DNA of 64,000 nt from Octopus sinensis (Eukaryota). The notes beneath the pieces were generated by a model that saw nothing but the letters and a program-made list of their open reading frames with translations, was not told the origin of the DNA and did not search any database. The stretch is taken from contig NC_043001.1 of the NCBI RefSeq assembly GCF_006345805.1, forward strand, positions 28,148,001 to 28,212,000, in the 5' to 3' direction. Positions 63,152 through 64,000 of this stretch are shown piece by piece. Numbering within the stretch: position 1 is the first letter of the stretch; each line of letters begins with the position of its first letter. A program made the translations under genes and the position numbers.

Positions 63152-63652
63152 CAAACAGACTGGAGAAAGATGGAGAGACGGAGAGAGATAGTGGGAGGGA
63201 GAAATATATAGAAAAGGTGAGTTTGAAAGAATGTAAGTTTAATGAGAGGAGTGCGTAAGGGAGAGAGTATCATGTAAGGGGATTAGTGCAGCCTGGTAAT
63301 CTCAAGTTGTGTTCAAATTAATAGATAGTTATTAGCAAGTCGTGTTGCGCCAGAGTGAACAGTAATTTCATGCTAATTACACCGGTTATGTAGCAGCAAA
63401 TAGCCATATACCCCTATACTTCATTTTCTCTGTCTCTCCCACCTCTCTCTCTCTCTCTCTCGCTCTTGATTTCTGTCTTTCTTTCTCTCATACACACAGG
63501 CAATCTCTCTAAATCTCACACTTTCATTTTCTCTCTCTCTCTTCCAACTTCAGCTAATCACACACTGCTGACTAATGTCCTTTTTGTTTACTTTATACAA
63601 CCTCTCATATCTCTGAATTGGTGGCCGTAGGATAGAAAAATATATATGAATT

Positions 63653-63687
<35 letters not shown>

Positions 63688-63963
63688 TGACAGACTGACA
63701 GATAGAAAGTGAGAGAAGGAGTGCGAGAATGAAGAGGAGGCAGAGCAGGGGGAGAGGCAGCAACCACTGGCAAGACTGTGCAAATAGCATTCCAAGAAAA
63801 AGTGATTTAGCTAGTTACTGTCACACGCTATTATGCGAGGCTTCCGCTTCTAAAATGAATTTATATGCAGGCTCATTCACATACAAAACTACATGCATAG
63901 ATACAGATATGTTCGCAAACATACAAAGTTTAGCTAAGATACATACATACATACATACATACA

Positions 63964-63995
<32 letters not shown>

Positions 63996-64000
63996 CATTA

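Overview
Eukaryotic, AT-rich, extremely microsatellite- and transposon-dense DNA, probably intronic or intergenic. The host is most likely an octopus/coleoid cephalopod; this is inferred from the repeat families, not proven. No host protein-coding gene, tRNA, rRNA or CRISPR array is confidently supported, and nearly all long ORFs in the track are microsatellite translations. Recognisable content: four tRNA-headed SINE families (labelled A-D here), a near-full-length CR1-clade LINE broken almost only by 1-nt frameshifts (10141-13897), RTE/BovB-like LINE ends (one with a 13-bp TSD), DD34D mariners, a DD37D (maT) element, a Helitron 3' half, a Helentron-type non-autonomous element and many foldback/MITE elements. 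The most striking unexplained signal is a set of minimal type-I hammerhead ribozyme motifs in several unrelated non-coding repeat families. They show compensatory stem changes, palindromic stem III and U3-A8 core variants, and they repeatedly sit as outward-pointing pairs in the arms of foldback elements. This resembles Penelope-like element terminal repeats that have lost their coding body.
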